In this document: positions 10,228 through 18,512 of the stretch, one piece after another
Position numbering within the stretch: the stretch's first letter is position 1
Layout of the letters: the number at the start of each line of letters is the position of its first letter
DNA from: an uncultured virus (IMG/VR IMGVR_UViG_3300042374_001628)
Taxonomy: Duplodnaviria > Heunggongvirae > Uroviricota > Caudoviricetes
DNA length: 20,000 bases
Direction: 5' to 3' (one strand)
IMG/VR virus record: IMGVR_UViG_3300042374_001628
Span: 54,863 to 74,862 of that record
Notes under the pieces: generated by a model
Seen by the model: the letters and a program-made list of their open reading frames with translations, nothing else
Told to the model about the DNA's origin: nothing
The model's database searches: none
Position numbers and translations under genes: made by a program

Positions 10228-13200
10228 ATGCTATTTGAAGACATAAAGCATCCACTTGTTAGCGATTTTTTAACTAGAATCAGTGGGTCTGGCTATACAT
10301 ATTTAAATACTGAGTCTTCTAGTAGAATAAATGATTTTGTTAAATATTTGGGATCCATCACTGCAGATAATGGTGACGATTTTGCTTTTTATCCCCTAAG
10401 GCAAGCGCAAAATATAGGAATAGGAAATCAGATATTTGGCATTGGATATATGGCATCTGGCACAAATATTGTTTTTCCCCAAAATATAAACTGGACAGAG
10501 TCTGGCATTTTACTAAATAGCATTAAAAATTGTGGTATTTTAAATTTTTCTGGCAAATTAAAAGATTCAAAATTTCAATTTAGAAAAAATGAAACTTCTA
10601 TCTTTTATTTTTTAAAACATAATAGGCCTAAATATGAAACATCGTTATATAGGGATGGACAAGTATGTCCATATTTTTGGTTCGATGATTCCTTAGATAA
10701 TTTTGGCGTAATTGCTCCAGAATTTTCTACCAGCGATTTTAGAACAACCGGGACAACATACCTTTATGACGAAATATATGGTGGAGATAAAAAGGGCTAC
10801 CAGATTGATTTTTCATCAGATGATCCAACAAAATATAATGTGTTTAATTCTAATACTGGAAGGGCGATAGGCACTGGTATAGCTCCATATGTACCACCAG
10901 CAGTTTCATTTTATGAAATGGACAATAATGAAAATAAATTTGTATGTATTAACGCAGTAATACGAGAAAGCCAATATTCTATTAGATCATTTTTTGGCCG
11001 CGATTATAGAAGTTTAACTGGAAATTTTCCAAATCCATATCAATCTATTGAAGTTACTGATCCAAAAACTCAAGAAGTTTATATTGATAATTTTTTTCCA
11101 AGAAGAATGGTAATTGGCGCTGGCGTAAGAAACAAAAGCGCAGCTGGCTATGATTTGGATGGCACAGATCATATATGTGCTGGAATTTTAATATTAAGAG
11201 GCGACTATAGCAATAAATCAAAAGATATTGCCGAAAATATGGCTGAGGCTATTGGTATAAAAATTCGCCCTCCTAAAAATTTGGATACAACATTTGCTTT
11301 TGGAAATATATTAAATGATAGATTTGCCTGTAGCGGATATATAGCATCAATCAATTATTATGATTATACAAGTCCAGTTTTATACAAAACATATAGCGAC
11401 TATTATGATATTGTAAACTTTACAGCTTCAATATACAGCGGATCATACATTGACTATGGCCAATGGACATATAATGTGGTCAATAGCGTTACTGGAGAAT
11501 TAAGATCGCCACAAATCGGTGATACAATTAATAATGATAGCAATATAACTGGAATAGTAAATTTAATTGGCTTCCAAAATGGCATAACAGCTCCGTTTGG
11601 TGCATTTTATAATCAAGGAGTAATAGGTTTTGTTAGTGGATATGCTACAAAAATAAATAACGAATTTATCTTTAACAGATTCACAGAGCAGACAGAAAGT
11701 GGAGCGAGCGGTTTTTATAGATCAAATATCAGCGGTATAGCAACGGGGCAAATTTTCTTTCCACCAATAAGAAAAATATTTCAAGAATTAATTACTGGAT
11801 ATGTTAGTGGCATTAAAGACTCAGATAGTTTATTTACTCCCTTTGATTCTAGCTCCAACCTATATTCTAGTGGATATTATTATGGTGATCAAGTATATGC
11901 ATACCCACAAATTGGCATTATACCGCAAAAAATAACTGGCTATATTAGCGGATTTTTATCTGAAAACGGAATATTCTCAGAATTTGATAAAAATTATTTG
12001 GATAGTTCTAGTGGATATTTTTATAGCGAAAATTCATACGAATTCTTGCCTAAAAAAACTATTACTAATTCTCCCGTAACAGGATTTTTAGTTGGAATGA
12101 AAAGCGGAGATTATTTTTCCGGATACTATCAAAATACACCAACTGACGGCTTGTACAGTGGATTTTTTATAGATAATGATTTTTCTAACCCAGCAGAAAT
12201 AGAACCAGTTATTGAAATATATTTTCCAACAGGCTCTGGGTTGTTTTCTGGATTTAGCGGCATGTCCGGAATAGATGAGCGTCTTGGCTTTAATTTTACA
12301 GGATTTTTTCAGAACATATTTGATATAAATGGTGATCCGATTTTGGATGAGAGCGGAAATGCAATCATACTGTCATTTGATGGAAGTAGTGGATTTATTG
12401 ATATTGGTGCTGGGCCATTTCCAAACACAAGAACAGCTTCATGCACCGGAATTATAGGGTCAAAGAATGTTTTAAATTTTTCTGGAAGTTTTGATGGCTT
12501 TAATAATATAGAAGTACCAGATATAAATTATGGATCTTCATATAGTGGATTTTTCATTGAATCTAGTGGGTTTGTCGGTACAGGAAATTTTGGAAGTGGA
12601 ATGTTTACAGGATTTATTGGATCTATAAATATACTTGAATACATCAACTTAACAGGATTTCAAGATAACTTAGATTTTCTTGCCGGAGGATTATTTACAG
12701 GATTTTCGTTTCCGCTTGGGTCTGGTTTTAGTGGATTATATGATAATCTTTCTGGAACTGGAATACAAACAGGATTTATTGGATCAAGATATTATCTTAT
12801 GGAATCTGGATCTTTTTCTGGATTTTCTGGCTTTTCAGGATTTTCTGATGCATTTTTAAATGAAATAAATATTGATTTTTCTTTTCAAAATGGAAGTGGA
12901 TTTTCTGGACTATATTTTCAAGATTCTGGCTACGGTGTTATCTCTGGATTAATTACTACCGGAAAATCTCCATTGCTATTTGGGGATCCATTATATTTCG
13001 TTCCTTCTATATTGGCAATATCATATGGTGGCAATTTTACGCAATTCATAACTGGTGACTTTATTTTTACTGGCGTTATTCCAGATATTACTGGTATTAG
13101 ATATTTATCTGGTGCTGTATTTACCTATGCAATTAATACAGGATCATTAATAACTGGAGACATTTTTGTAACAGGAACGCACCCAGAAATAACCTCATTA

Positions 13201-14013
13201 AACTACTTTGCTACTACAGGCGAAGATATTATATTGTCTGGCTTTGATGGCAATGCACTTTCATATATATTTAGATTGGAAGCATATGAGGGGCAAAAGC
13301 TTGAAAGTGGAGTAAGGGTAGAAATTAATAAATTTATATCAGGATTAAAAACTGATGGTATATGGGATAGTATTACAGATTGCTGTTTGATGGCTGGACC
13401 AAGAACATTTTCTGGAGCTTTTGTTCCATTAAAAGGAAATAGCGGTATTGGTTATAACTTTATTAGTAGTGATTATAATCGCGCTAGCGGTTTAATTGGT
13501 GATGCATCATCAAAATATGTTGATTCTAATCGAAGCTTAAACATAGAACCTTCAGGAAACCAACACTTGGCAGTTTATATAACTAAAACTGGATCGCCAT
13601 CATTTAATCAGTACTATATCGGCGCTGGTGTTCAAAACGTAACTGGATCAAGCGCTATTTATGCTAGCGGTGCAGGTGCGCTTTTCCAAAAATCTAGAGC
13701 AAGTGGAATAGCTAATTATCAAAATTTTGGACCATCCACGGGCTTCATGGCGGTCTCAAGATTTAGCACGGGTATTTGGGCTGCAAGAAATACATATATA
13801 TCAGAAACAGCCTTTGTTTATGTAGAAAGTGGGGCGCAACCAGCGAATGTGTATGTTTTTGCCAATAATAATACTGGCATTGGGGCTGGTATGCCAGAGG
13901 GTTATAGCGATGCAAGAATTGCCATTTATTCTATCGGCACGAATATTAATATATTATCAAATTATGAAAATAGAGTTATTTCATACCTTAGTGGTATTAA
14001 GAAATATGTTTAA
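10228..14013 (+). CDS. Large putative tail-fibre/structural protein with SG/TG repeats and a C-terminal family X domain
   Basis: 1261 aa; central SG/TG repeats. C-terminal INKFISGLKTDGIWD...ARIAIYSIG resembles family X. Confidence 0.6.
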   Translation: MLFEDIKHPLVSDFLTRISGSGYTYLNTESSSRINDFVKYLGSITADNGDDFAFYPLRQAQNIGIGNQIFGIGYMASGTNIVFPQNINWTESGILLNSIKNCGILNFSGKLKDSKFQFRKNETSIFYFLKHNRPKYETSLYRDGQVCPYFWFDDSLDNFGVIAPEFSTSDFRTTGTTYLYDEIYGGDKKGYQIDFSSDDPTKYNVFNSNTGRAIGTGIAPYVPPAVSFYEMDNNENKFVCINAVIRESQYSIRSFFGRDYRSLTGNFPNPYQSIEVTDPKTQEVYIDNFFPRRMVIGAGVRNKSAAGYDLDGTDHICAGILILRGDYSNKSKDIAENMAEAIGIKIRPPKNLDTTFAFGNILNDRFACSGYIASINYYDYTSPVLYKTYSDYYDIVNFTASIYSGSYIDYGQWTYNVVNSVTGELRSPQIGDTINNDSNITGIVNLIGFQNGITAPFGAFYNQGVIGFVSGYATKINNEFIFNRFTEQTESGASGFYRSNISGIATGQIFFPPIRKIFQELITGYVSGIKDSDSLFTPFDSSSNLYSSGYYYGDQVYAYPQIGIIPQKITGYISGFLSENGIFSEFDKNYLDSSSGYFYSENSYEFLPKKTITNSPVTGFLVGMKSGDYFSGYYQNTPTDGLYSGFFIDNDFSNPAEIEPVIEIYFPTGSGLFSGFSGMSGIDERLGFNFTGFFQNIFDINGDPILDESGNAIILSFDGSSGFIDIGAGPFPNTRTASCTGIIGSKNVLNFSGSFDGFNNIEVPDINYGSSYSGFFIESSGFVGTGNFGSGMFTGFIGSINILEYINLTGFQDNLDFLAGGLFTGFSFPLGSGFSGLYDNLSGTGIQTGFIGSRYYLMESGSFSGFSGFSGFSDAFLNEINIDFSFQNGSGFSGLYFQDSGYGVISGLITTGKSPLLFGDPLYFVPSILAISYGGNFTQFITGDFIFTGVIPDITGIRYLSGAVFTYAINTGSLITGDIFVTGTHPEITSLNYFATTGEDIILSGFDGNALSYIFRLEAYEGQKLESGVRVEINKFISGLKTDGIWDSITDCCLMAGPRTFSGAFVPLKGNSGIGYNFISSDYNRASGLIGDASSKYVDSNRSLNIEPSGNQHLAVYITKTGSPSFNQYYIGAGVQNVTGSSAIYASGAGALFQKSRASGIANYQNFGPSTGFMAVSRFSTGIWAARNTYISETAFVYVESGAQPANVYVFANNNTGIGAGMPEGYSDARIAIYSIGTNINILSNYENRVISYLSGIKKYV

Positions 14014-14080
14014 TTATTAATTAATAAAAAATTAAATTTTACAATATTAGAAATGTATATATAATAAGGGAAATAAAGTT

Positions 14081-15376
14081 ATGCCTCTAAATATTTTAAA
14101 AAAACGCCATATCGAAACAGAAATTGAGAATAACACTCATGTAGATGGTGAATGGAAAGTTGAGATTGTATGCCAAAATGGTGAAATTAAAAAGCCTCTT
14201 GGAGATAAATGGCGAAAAAACTTAATTCAAGATAGAGGATTGAATATATTCAATGGCACGTATGGAAGTTTTAGCAGCAATGCTAATGCGAATACTAATT
14301 CAATATCAGCCTTTATAAGTTCGGCATATTTTGGAAATAGCAGTGCTGATCCGTTTGCTACAGATAAAACATTTTTAACTAGCACAAACAATAATATATA
14401 CTATACAAGAAGAAACACTCTAAACGTACCAGAAAATACAAATCCAAACAGCGATGATTTAGTAACGGGGTCACGAACTTTTACAAAAGTATGGGATTTT
14501 GCATCTCTGGCTGCTGGCGAAACGCGCGATGTTAGAGAAATAGTGATTGCGGCCAATACTTATGATGGTTTTAATAATTCTACCGATCAAAGCAAGGGGA
14601 CCCAAGGAACATTTACAACAAACATACCAGTAATTTCGCGCTTTATTCTTCCATCAACAGTAACTCTAACTGAATTTCAATTTTTAAGACTTTACTATTC
14701 AATAAAAGTAACAGTTCCAGCAATAGTTACGCCAGTTCCGATTACATTGTCAAATAACGGTTTTGATGGAACTGGTCAATTAAAATTAATAGGCCTATGG
14801 TCTAGTATATTTTCTGGAAATGGCCACTTATGGCAGCGCAGAAACTTTGGCACTTTGATTAACGTAGTTTCAACTCCACATACGCCATGGTCGCTAATCG
14901 GAAGAGATGGAATGGCAGCTTTACCGCTTAAAGGCAATTCAAATCCAAATTTAAATTTTAATTTTCCAGCAGTTGGTGCTGATTTTTCAATATCGTATGC
15001 AAATGCGTTATATGATGCAACACAAACTGTACTCCATACTTCACCAGGCTGCTCTGTTAGTCCATCGTCAGCAGTTCAACAAACGGTTGTAAACCAGTCT
15101 GTGTCAAGAGAGGCTACTATGCTGTTTCAAGCAAATAACCCAAGCGTGAATAGCCCACTTGCTGGATTTGTTTTCCTTCCTCGCGGTGAAGGCAATAATT
15201 TTACGGGAGGATCGACTCCAACTTTTACCGAAGCTCTTACTACAGATACTGCTCTTGGAAGATACATGTGGTACTGGAGGTTCACAGACCCAACATTTAC
15301 AAATCCAAGATCTGTAATTAAAGATGTCAACTATGGCCTTGTGGTTAATTTGCGGCAAACAATTGCAAGAGGCTAA
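14081..15376 (+). CDS. Putative structural protein, paralog family Y
   Basis: 431 aa; GEWKVEI..NG..PLG..RKNLIQ, RTFTKVWDF, GTGQLKLIG and WYWRF motifs. Confidence 0.6.
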   Translation: MPLNILKKRHIETEIENNTHVDGEWKVEIVCQNGEIKKPLGDKWRKNLIQDRGLNIFNGTYGSFSSNANANTNSISAFISSAYFGNSSADPFATDKTFLTSTNNNIYYTRRNTLNVPENTNPNSDDLVTGSRTFTKVWDFASLAAGETRDVREIVIAANTYDGFNNSTDQSKGTQGTFTTNIPVISRFILPSTVTLTEFQFLRLYYSIKVTVPAIVTPVPITLSNNGFDGTGQLKLIGLWSSIFSGNGHLWQRRNFGTLINVVSTPHTPWSLIGRDGMAALPLKGNSNPNLNFNFPAVGADFSISYANALYDATQTVLHTSPGCSVSPSSAVQQTVVNQSVSREATMLFQANNPSVNSPLAGFVFLPRGEGNNFTGGSTPTFTEALTTDTALGRYMWYWRFTDPTFTNPRSVIKDVNYGLVVNLRQTIARG

Positions 15377-16042
15377 TTATTTATCTAAAAATTTTAGTTT
15401 GATTTTGCCATTACTGTCTATTAATGCATAGCTAACTGGTAGGTCGCATTGGGAGCCCAAGTTAACGCATTCAACCCAATCCACAGTTTTGTGTTCGGGC
15501 ATATGGGTGTGGCCAAACACCACAGTACTGCATCCTAGATCGCGGCCATGATGTGCAACCCGGCGCAACACTCTTTCAGCCGAAGAACGCCACGTTTTTA
15601 TTTTTCGCTTGAGCTTGCGGGTGAATTTTTGCCCCTTGTCAATTTTTTGCAAGAAATAATATATTCCAGATGCTATTTCAGTGAGTACTGGCCGCATTTT
15701 AATAATATAATCCCAACGATCACCGTGGACAAAATAGAAACGCTTTCCATTAATAACCTCAATGTGTTCGTGTTTAAAATCAAAACCTAATAGCGCACTA
15801 ACAGTATCCAGATCGCGGTCATGATTACCCTTAATAAAAATGCATTTTTTATTTTTTGATAGTTTGCGCAATAATGATAATACTTTCCACTGACGTTTGC
15901 ATAAACGATGAATATTGTACGAATCCAGCAAATCTCCACATATTATTAAACTATCATACGTTTCCTCTTCAAGTATTTTTAAAACTAAATCTGCTTGGCA
16001 TACAGGGCTGCCAAGATGTATGTCTGAAAGGCACAGTATCAT
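15377..16042 (-). CDS. Calcineurin-like metallophosphoesterase (UDP-2,3-diacylglucosamine diphosphatase/LpxH-like family)
   Basis: All five metallophosphoesterase motifs are present: DIHLG, GDLLD, GNHD, HGD and GHTH. Confidence 0.88.
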   Translation of the reverse strand: MILCLSDIHLGSPVCQADLVLKILEEETYDSLIICGDLLDSYNIHRLCKRQWKVLSLLRKLSKNKKCIFIKGNHDRDLDTVSALLGFDFKHEHIEVINGKRFYFVHGDRWDYIIKMRPVLTEIASGIYYFLQKIDKGQKFTRKLKRKIKTWRSSAERVLRRVAHHGRDLGCSTVVFGHTHMPEHKTVDWVECVNLGSQCDLPVSYALIDSNGKIKLKFLDK

Positions 16043-16144
16043 AATGTTTTATATTATTTTTTTTATTTATTACTTTTTTACCTCACTTGATTACACTCTT
16101 CAATCATTTATAGCATATTACAATATAGAAACAAACAGTCCATG

Positions 16145-16250
16145 TATTTTTAATTCTTTTTTATTATAATATATGCTGATATTTACAAAGATCGATATAT
16201 ACCAGTCTATTAATAAAGCCATCCTTTATTTTTAATTCTTTTTTATTATA
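16145..16250. repeat. Exact 24-bp AT-rich direct repeat (TATTTTTAATTCTTTTTTATTATA)
   Basis: Copies at 16145-16168 and 16227-16250, in the intergenic gap. Confidence 0.8.
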
Positions 16251-16439
16251 TATGGGTTGATTTTATTGGCGTTAGGATACCCTAACCACCCTGATAAGTA
16301 AAAGAAGGATAGATTTAAAAGTTGTAGAGTTTTAAAAATAGGCCCTAGCGACCAAAAGCTCAAACGCTTGTATGAATTTTTTTCAAAAATAGGGGGTACT
16401 TGTCAACAAAAAAAAGTTTTAAAAAAGATAAAAAATCCC

Positions 16440-16467
16440 TTGCTTTCTCGGTGATCTGTGGTAGAGT
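16440..16467 (+). promoter_or_regulatory. sigma70-type promoter P1 (leaderless)
   Basis: TTGCTT-16 nt-TAGAGT with extended -10 TG and upstream A-tract; ATG follows 6 nt later at 16474. Confidence 0.75.
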
Positions 16468-16473
16468 GTAGAC

Positions 16474-16659
16474 ATGAAGAAGAAATACTACACCAGCACA
16501 GAGATCCTTGAGTATGCGAATAAGAACAACGCAGCTTGCATCTCTGCATCTGTGAGCCTGCGAGTGTTCCGCTACTGGACTAGCAAAGGTCAATACGAAG
16601 TGAAGTTCTACAGGGTAGAGCCTTGCGTGTGGGAGAAAAAAATCGTAAAAAAACCCTAA
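16474..16659 (+). CDS. Small hypothetical early protein (61 aa)
   Basis: ATG sits at the predicted +1 of P1. Confidence 0.7.
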   Translation: MKKKYYTSTEILEYANKNNAACISASVSLRVFRYWTSKGQYEVKFYRVEPCVWEKKIVKKP

Positions 16660-16666
16660 AGATCCC

Positions 16667-16694
16667 TTGACTTTAATGACAGCTCTGATAGATT
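16667..16694 (+). promoter_or_regulatory. sigma70-type promoter P2 (leaderless)
   Basis: TTGACT-16 nt-TAGATT with extended -10 TG; ATG follows 6 nt later at 16701. Confidence 0.8.
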
Positions 16695-16700
16695 AAATAC

Positions 16701-16931
16701 ATGAATACATTCGAAGACTACATCAAACACAACGGCAAAGAATACTACCTCTGCACAGAGTATGCGTTCGATCACACTGATCAGTTGCAACTCTCTGGCT
16801 TTGTCTTGACTGATGAAGACGGCGAAGACATCTCGCAAGATGACTTCGAAGCGAACAAGGATCTTTACGATCATGTCTGCATGGTTCTTGCTAACGAAGA
16901 TGCTACCTGCTACGGCGGCGCACCTTGCTAA
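16701..16931 (+). CDS. Small acidic hypothetical protein (76 aa)
   Basis: Follows P2; 18 D/E versus 3 K and no R. Confidence 0.75.
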   Translation: MNTFEDYIKHNGKEYYLCTEYAFDHTDQLQLSGFVLTDEDGEDISQDDFEANKDLYDHVCMVLANEDATCYGGAPC

Positions 16932-16935
16932 CACT

Positions 16936-17022
16936 ATGACACACATCATTATGACATACATTGCAGAGGCGCTTGCCGTGGTGCTTATCCTCCTGCTTGG
17001 CGTTGCGATTCTCTCGATCTAA
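16936..17022 (+). CDS. Small membrane peptide (28 aa, MTHIIMTYIAEALAVVLILLLGVAILSI)
   Basis: ATG 4 nt after the upstream stop (CTAACACTATGACA junction, identical to 18505-18518). One hydrophobic helix; its stop lies within element A. Confidence 0.55.
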   Translation: MTHIIMTYIAEALAVVLILLLGVAILSI

Positions 17023-17096
17023 GTTGTTCTAAATCAACGACTTACAACGGGCCACCCTGCGCGCGCGCGTAAGTCCTTGATAATGAGGCACTTACG
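17018..17096. repeat. Bipartite palindromic element A (29+21+29 bp)
   Basis: TCTAAGTTGTTCTAAATCAACGACTTACA / ACGGGCCACCCTGCGCGCGCG / CGTAAGTCCTTGATAATGAGGCACTTACG. Confidence 0.9.
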
Positions 17097-17148
17097 AATG
17101 TCAAGTAAAAAAGATAAAAAAAATTTCACACAATCGCAAAAAAATCCC

Positions 17149-17176
17149 TTGCTTTTTCGGTGGCCTGTGATACATT
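17149..17176 (+). promoter_or_regulatory. sigma70-type promoter P3 (leaderless)
   Basis: TTGCTT-16 nt-TACATT with extended TG; ATG at 17183. The 37 bp at 17116-17152 are identical to 19625-19661. Confidence 0.8.
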
Positions 17177-17182
17177 GTATGT

Positions 17183-17530
17183 ATGAAAGATAAAGAAAAC
17201 ACCACGTTCAACGTCAACGGAACCCTTTGCACGCTCGTCGTCTCGGAAGATCGGGAGGATGATTGCACGAAGCTTTGGCATGACCTCGTCAGCGTTGACA
17301 CTGGCAAGGTCGTCGCAACCCTCGACTGGTCGCCCTACTCTTGCCCCTCTAATGAGGAAGTGCAGCAGATCATCGACCTCGGCCTGCCTAATGGCTTGCG
17401 TTGGGCTAACTCTCACCCTTCTTCTCGCTTCAACTTCGATAGCCTCATGCTGGCGAAATACCTCTCTGGCTACGAGCATCCCGATGGCGGCAAGATCGAA
17501 CTGGTCTTCCGCGTTCGCTTGGCCGCATAA
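17183..17530 (+). CDS. Hypothetical early protein (115 aa)
   Basis: ATG sits at the predicted +1 of P3. Confidence 0.75.
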   Translation: MKDKENTTFNVNGTLCTLVVSEDREDDCTKLWHDLVSVDTGKVVATLDWSPYSCPSNEEVQQIIDLGLPNGLRWANSHPSSRFNFDSLMLAKYLSGYEHPDGGKIELVFRVRLAA

Positions 17531-17538
17531 AAAAACTC

Positions 17539-17567
17539 TTGCGCTTCCACTCAACATCCCATACTCT
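17539..17567 (+). promoter_or_regulatory. sigma70-type promoter P4 (leaderless)
   Basis: TTGCGC-17 nt-TACTCT; ATG follows 6 nt later at 17574. Confidence 0.7.
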
Positions 17568-17573
17568 AACAAT

Positions 17574-17783
17574 ATGAACAGCATCCACGACGACTACAAC
17601 ACGCAACCGCAATCCGACGAATACGCGACCGAGCACGAGGAAGTGCGCGGCACGTTCGCCGCCGAGCCTGCCGTTGAGCAGGAGCCGCAACCCTATGATG
17701 GGTTTGAGGGGCAGTGGGCTGGGGATGGGTCGGGCTTCGACGACCTCGCAGACTGGGGCGAGCAGGAGGGCTGGGACACGTAA
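17574..17783 (+). CDS. Highly acidic small protein (69 aa, MNSIHDDYNTQ...EQEGWDT)
   Basis: Start reassigned from the track ORF 17259..17783 using P4; 19 D/E versus 1 R and no K. Confidence 0.75.
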   Translation: MNSIHDDYNTQPQSDEYATEHEEVRGTFAAEPAVEQEPQPYDGFEGQWAGDGSGFDDLADWGEQEGWDT

Positions 17784-17853
17784 GAGTGTCATAAACTTTC
17801 TCCGAACGTTTCGATGCGTGTCTCCATGACGCGGGAATAAACGATGAGGAGAC

Positions 17854-17879
17854 GAAGCGCCCGTTTAAACGGGCGTTTC
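17854..17879. other. Hairpin/palindrome (possible terminator or tandem operator)
   Basis: Perfect 18-bp palindrome CGCCCGTTTAAACGGGCG (17858-17875), extendable by GAAG/TTTC; only a weak U-tract follows. Confidence 0.5.
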
Positions 17880-17901
17880 AATTTGCTAAAATTCAATGTT
17901 G

Positions 17902-17980
17902 CGTAAACCCTTGATATTCAACAACTTACGCTGGCGCGCGGGGCGCGCGGCCGTAAGTCCTTGATAATTAACGACTTACG
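17902..17980. repeat. Bipartite palindromic element B
   Basis: CGTAAACCCTTGATATTCAACAACTTACG / CTGGCGCGCGGGGCGCGCGGC / CGTAAGTCCTTGATAATTAACGACTTACG. Confidence 0.92.
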
Positions 17981-18083
17981 TAACGTCATCAAGAGTGTCA
18001 TAAAGAATGTCATAGCGCAAAATTCAAACGCTCGTTTGCCAAAACGTCAACAAAAATAGTTTCGCTAATCGCAAAAAAATATC

Positions 18084-18111
18084 TCGCTTTTCGCGCGTCC
18101 TGTGCTATTCT
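18084..18111 (+). promoter_or_regulatory. sigma70-type promoter P5 (leaderless)
   Basis: TCGCTT-16 nt-TATTCT with extended TG; ATG at 18118. Confidence 0.7.
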
Positions 18112-18117
18112 GTATAC

Positions 18118-18300
18118 ATGAGAAACAACAACAGAAGCTGGCGCGACGAAGAACGCGAAGCAACCCTCGACTACCCGCTAGGTGTGGATCGTGAAGATCC
18201 CGCCTACCAGCAAAGCCCAGACGCTTACGAGCGTGAAATCGAGCGCCTTAATCGGCACGAAGGCTGGGAGCGTAATCGCGGTGGTTACTACCGCCGATGA
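18118..18300 (+). CDS. Small charged hypothetical protein (60 aa)
   Basis: ATG sits at the predicted +1 of P5. Confidence 0.7.
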   Translation: MRNNNRSWRDEEREATLDYPLGVDREDPAYQQSPDAYEREIERLNRHEGWERNRGGYYRR

Positions 18301-18308
18301 AAAATCGC

Positions 18309-18337
18309 TTGACTTTCAGCCCCATTTCACCGATACT
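18309..18337 (+). promoter_or_regulatory. sigma70-type promoter P6 (leaderless)
   Basis: TTGACT-17 nt-GATACT; ATG follows 6 nt later at 18344. Confidence 0.7.
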
Positions 18338-18343
18338 TTCAAC

Positions 18344-18508
18344 ATGACAGAAAACACCACAACTGGCTGGCCCGAAGTCTGGAACTTCGACGAACCCAAA
18401 GACGACAACCTCACGCCCGAACAAGCGTTCGACATCCTTTTCGGCTACGCCGAGGAGCGTCATCGCAACGACCCGTGCGCTCGTCCCGCCCCTAAACCCA
18501 AACACTAA
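18344..18508 (+). CDS. Small hypothetical protein (54 aa, MTENTTTGWPEVW...)
   Basis: Start reassigned from the track ORF 18182..18508 using P6. Confidence 0.7.
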   Translation: MTENTTTGWPEVWNFDEPKDDNLTPEQAFDILFGYAEERHRNDPCARPAPKPKH

Positions 18509-18512
18509 CACT

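Noticed and set aside
2487..15376. Diversity-generating retroelement or stop-codon recoding
   Set aside because: No reverse transcriptase or near-identical TR/VR pair was seen, and the genes are long and intact under the standard code.
116..16169. Short shadow ORFs (e.g. 116..436, 2930..3172, 3383..3700, 6307..6564, 9451..9780, 15104..15358, 15548..15790, 15915..16169)
   Set aside because: Antisense or alternate-frame overlaps of long genes, with no motifs of their own.
17840..17885. Hammerhead ribozyme-like CGATGAG...GAAG plus hairpin
   Set aside because: The core deviates from CUGANGA/GAAA and no convincing stem I can be formed.
16813..18508. Long-start versions of track ORFs 16813..17022, 17259..17783 and 18182..18508
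   Set aside because: They overlap better-supported genes; promoter and junction positions indicate starts at 16936, 17574 and 18344.
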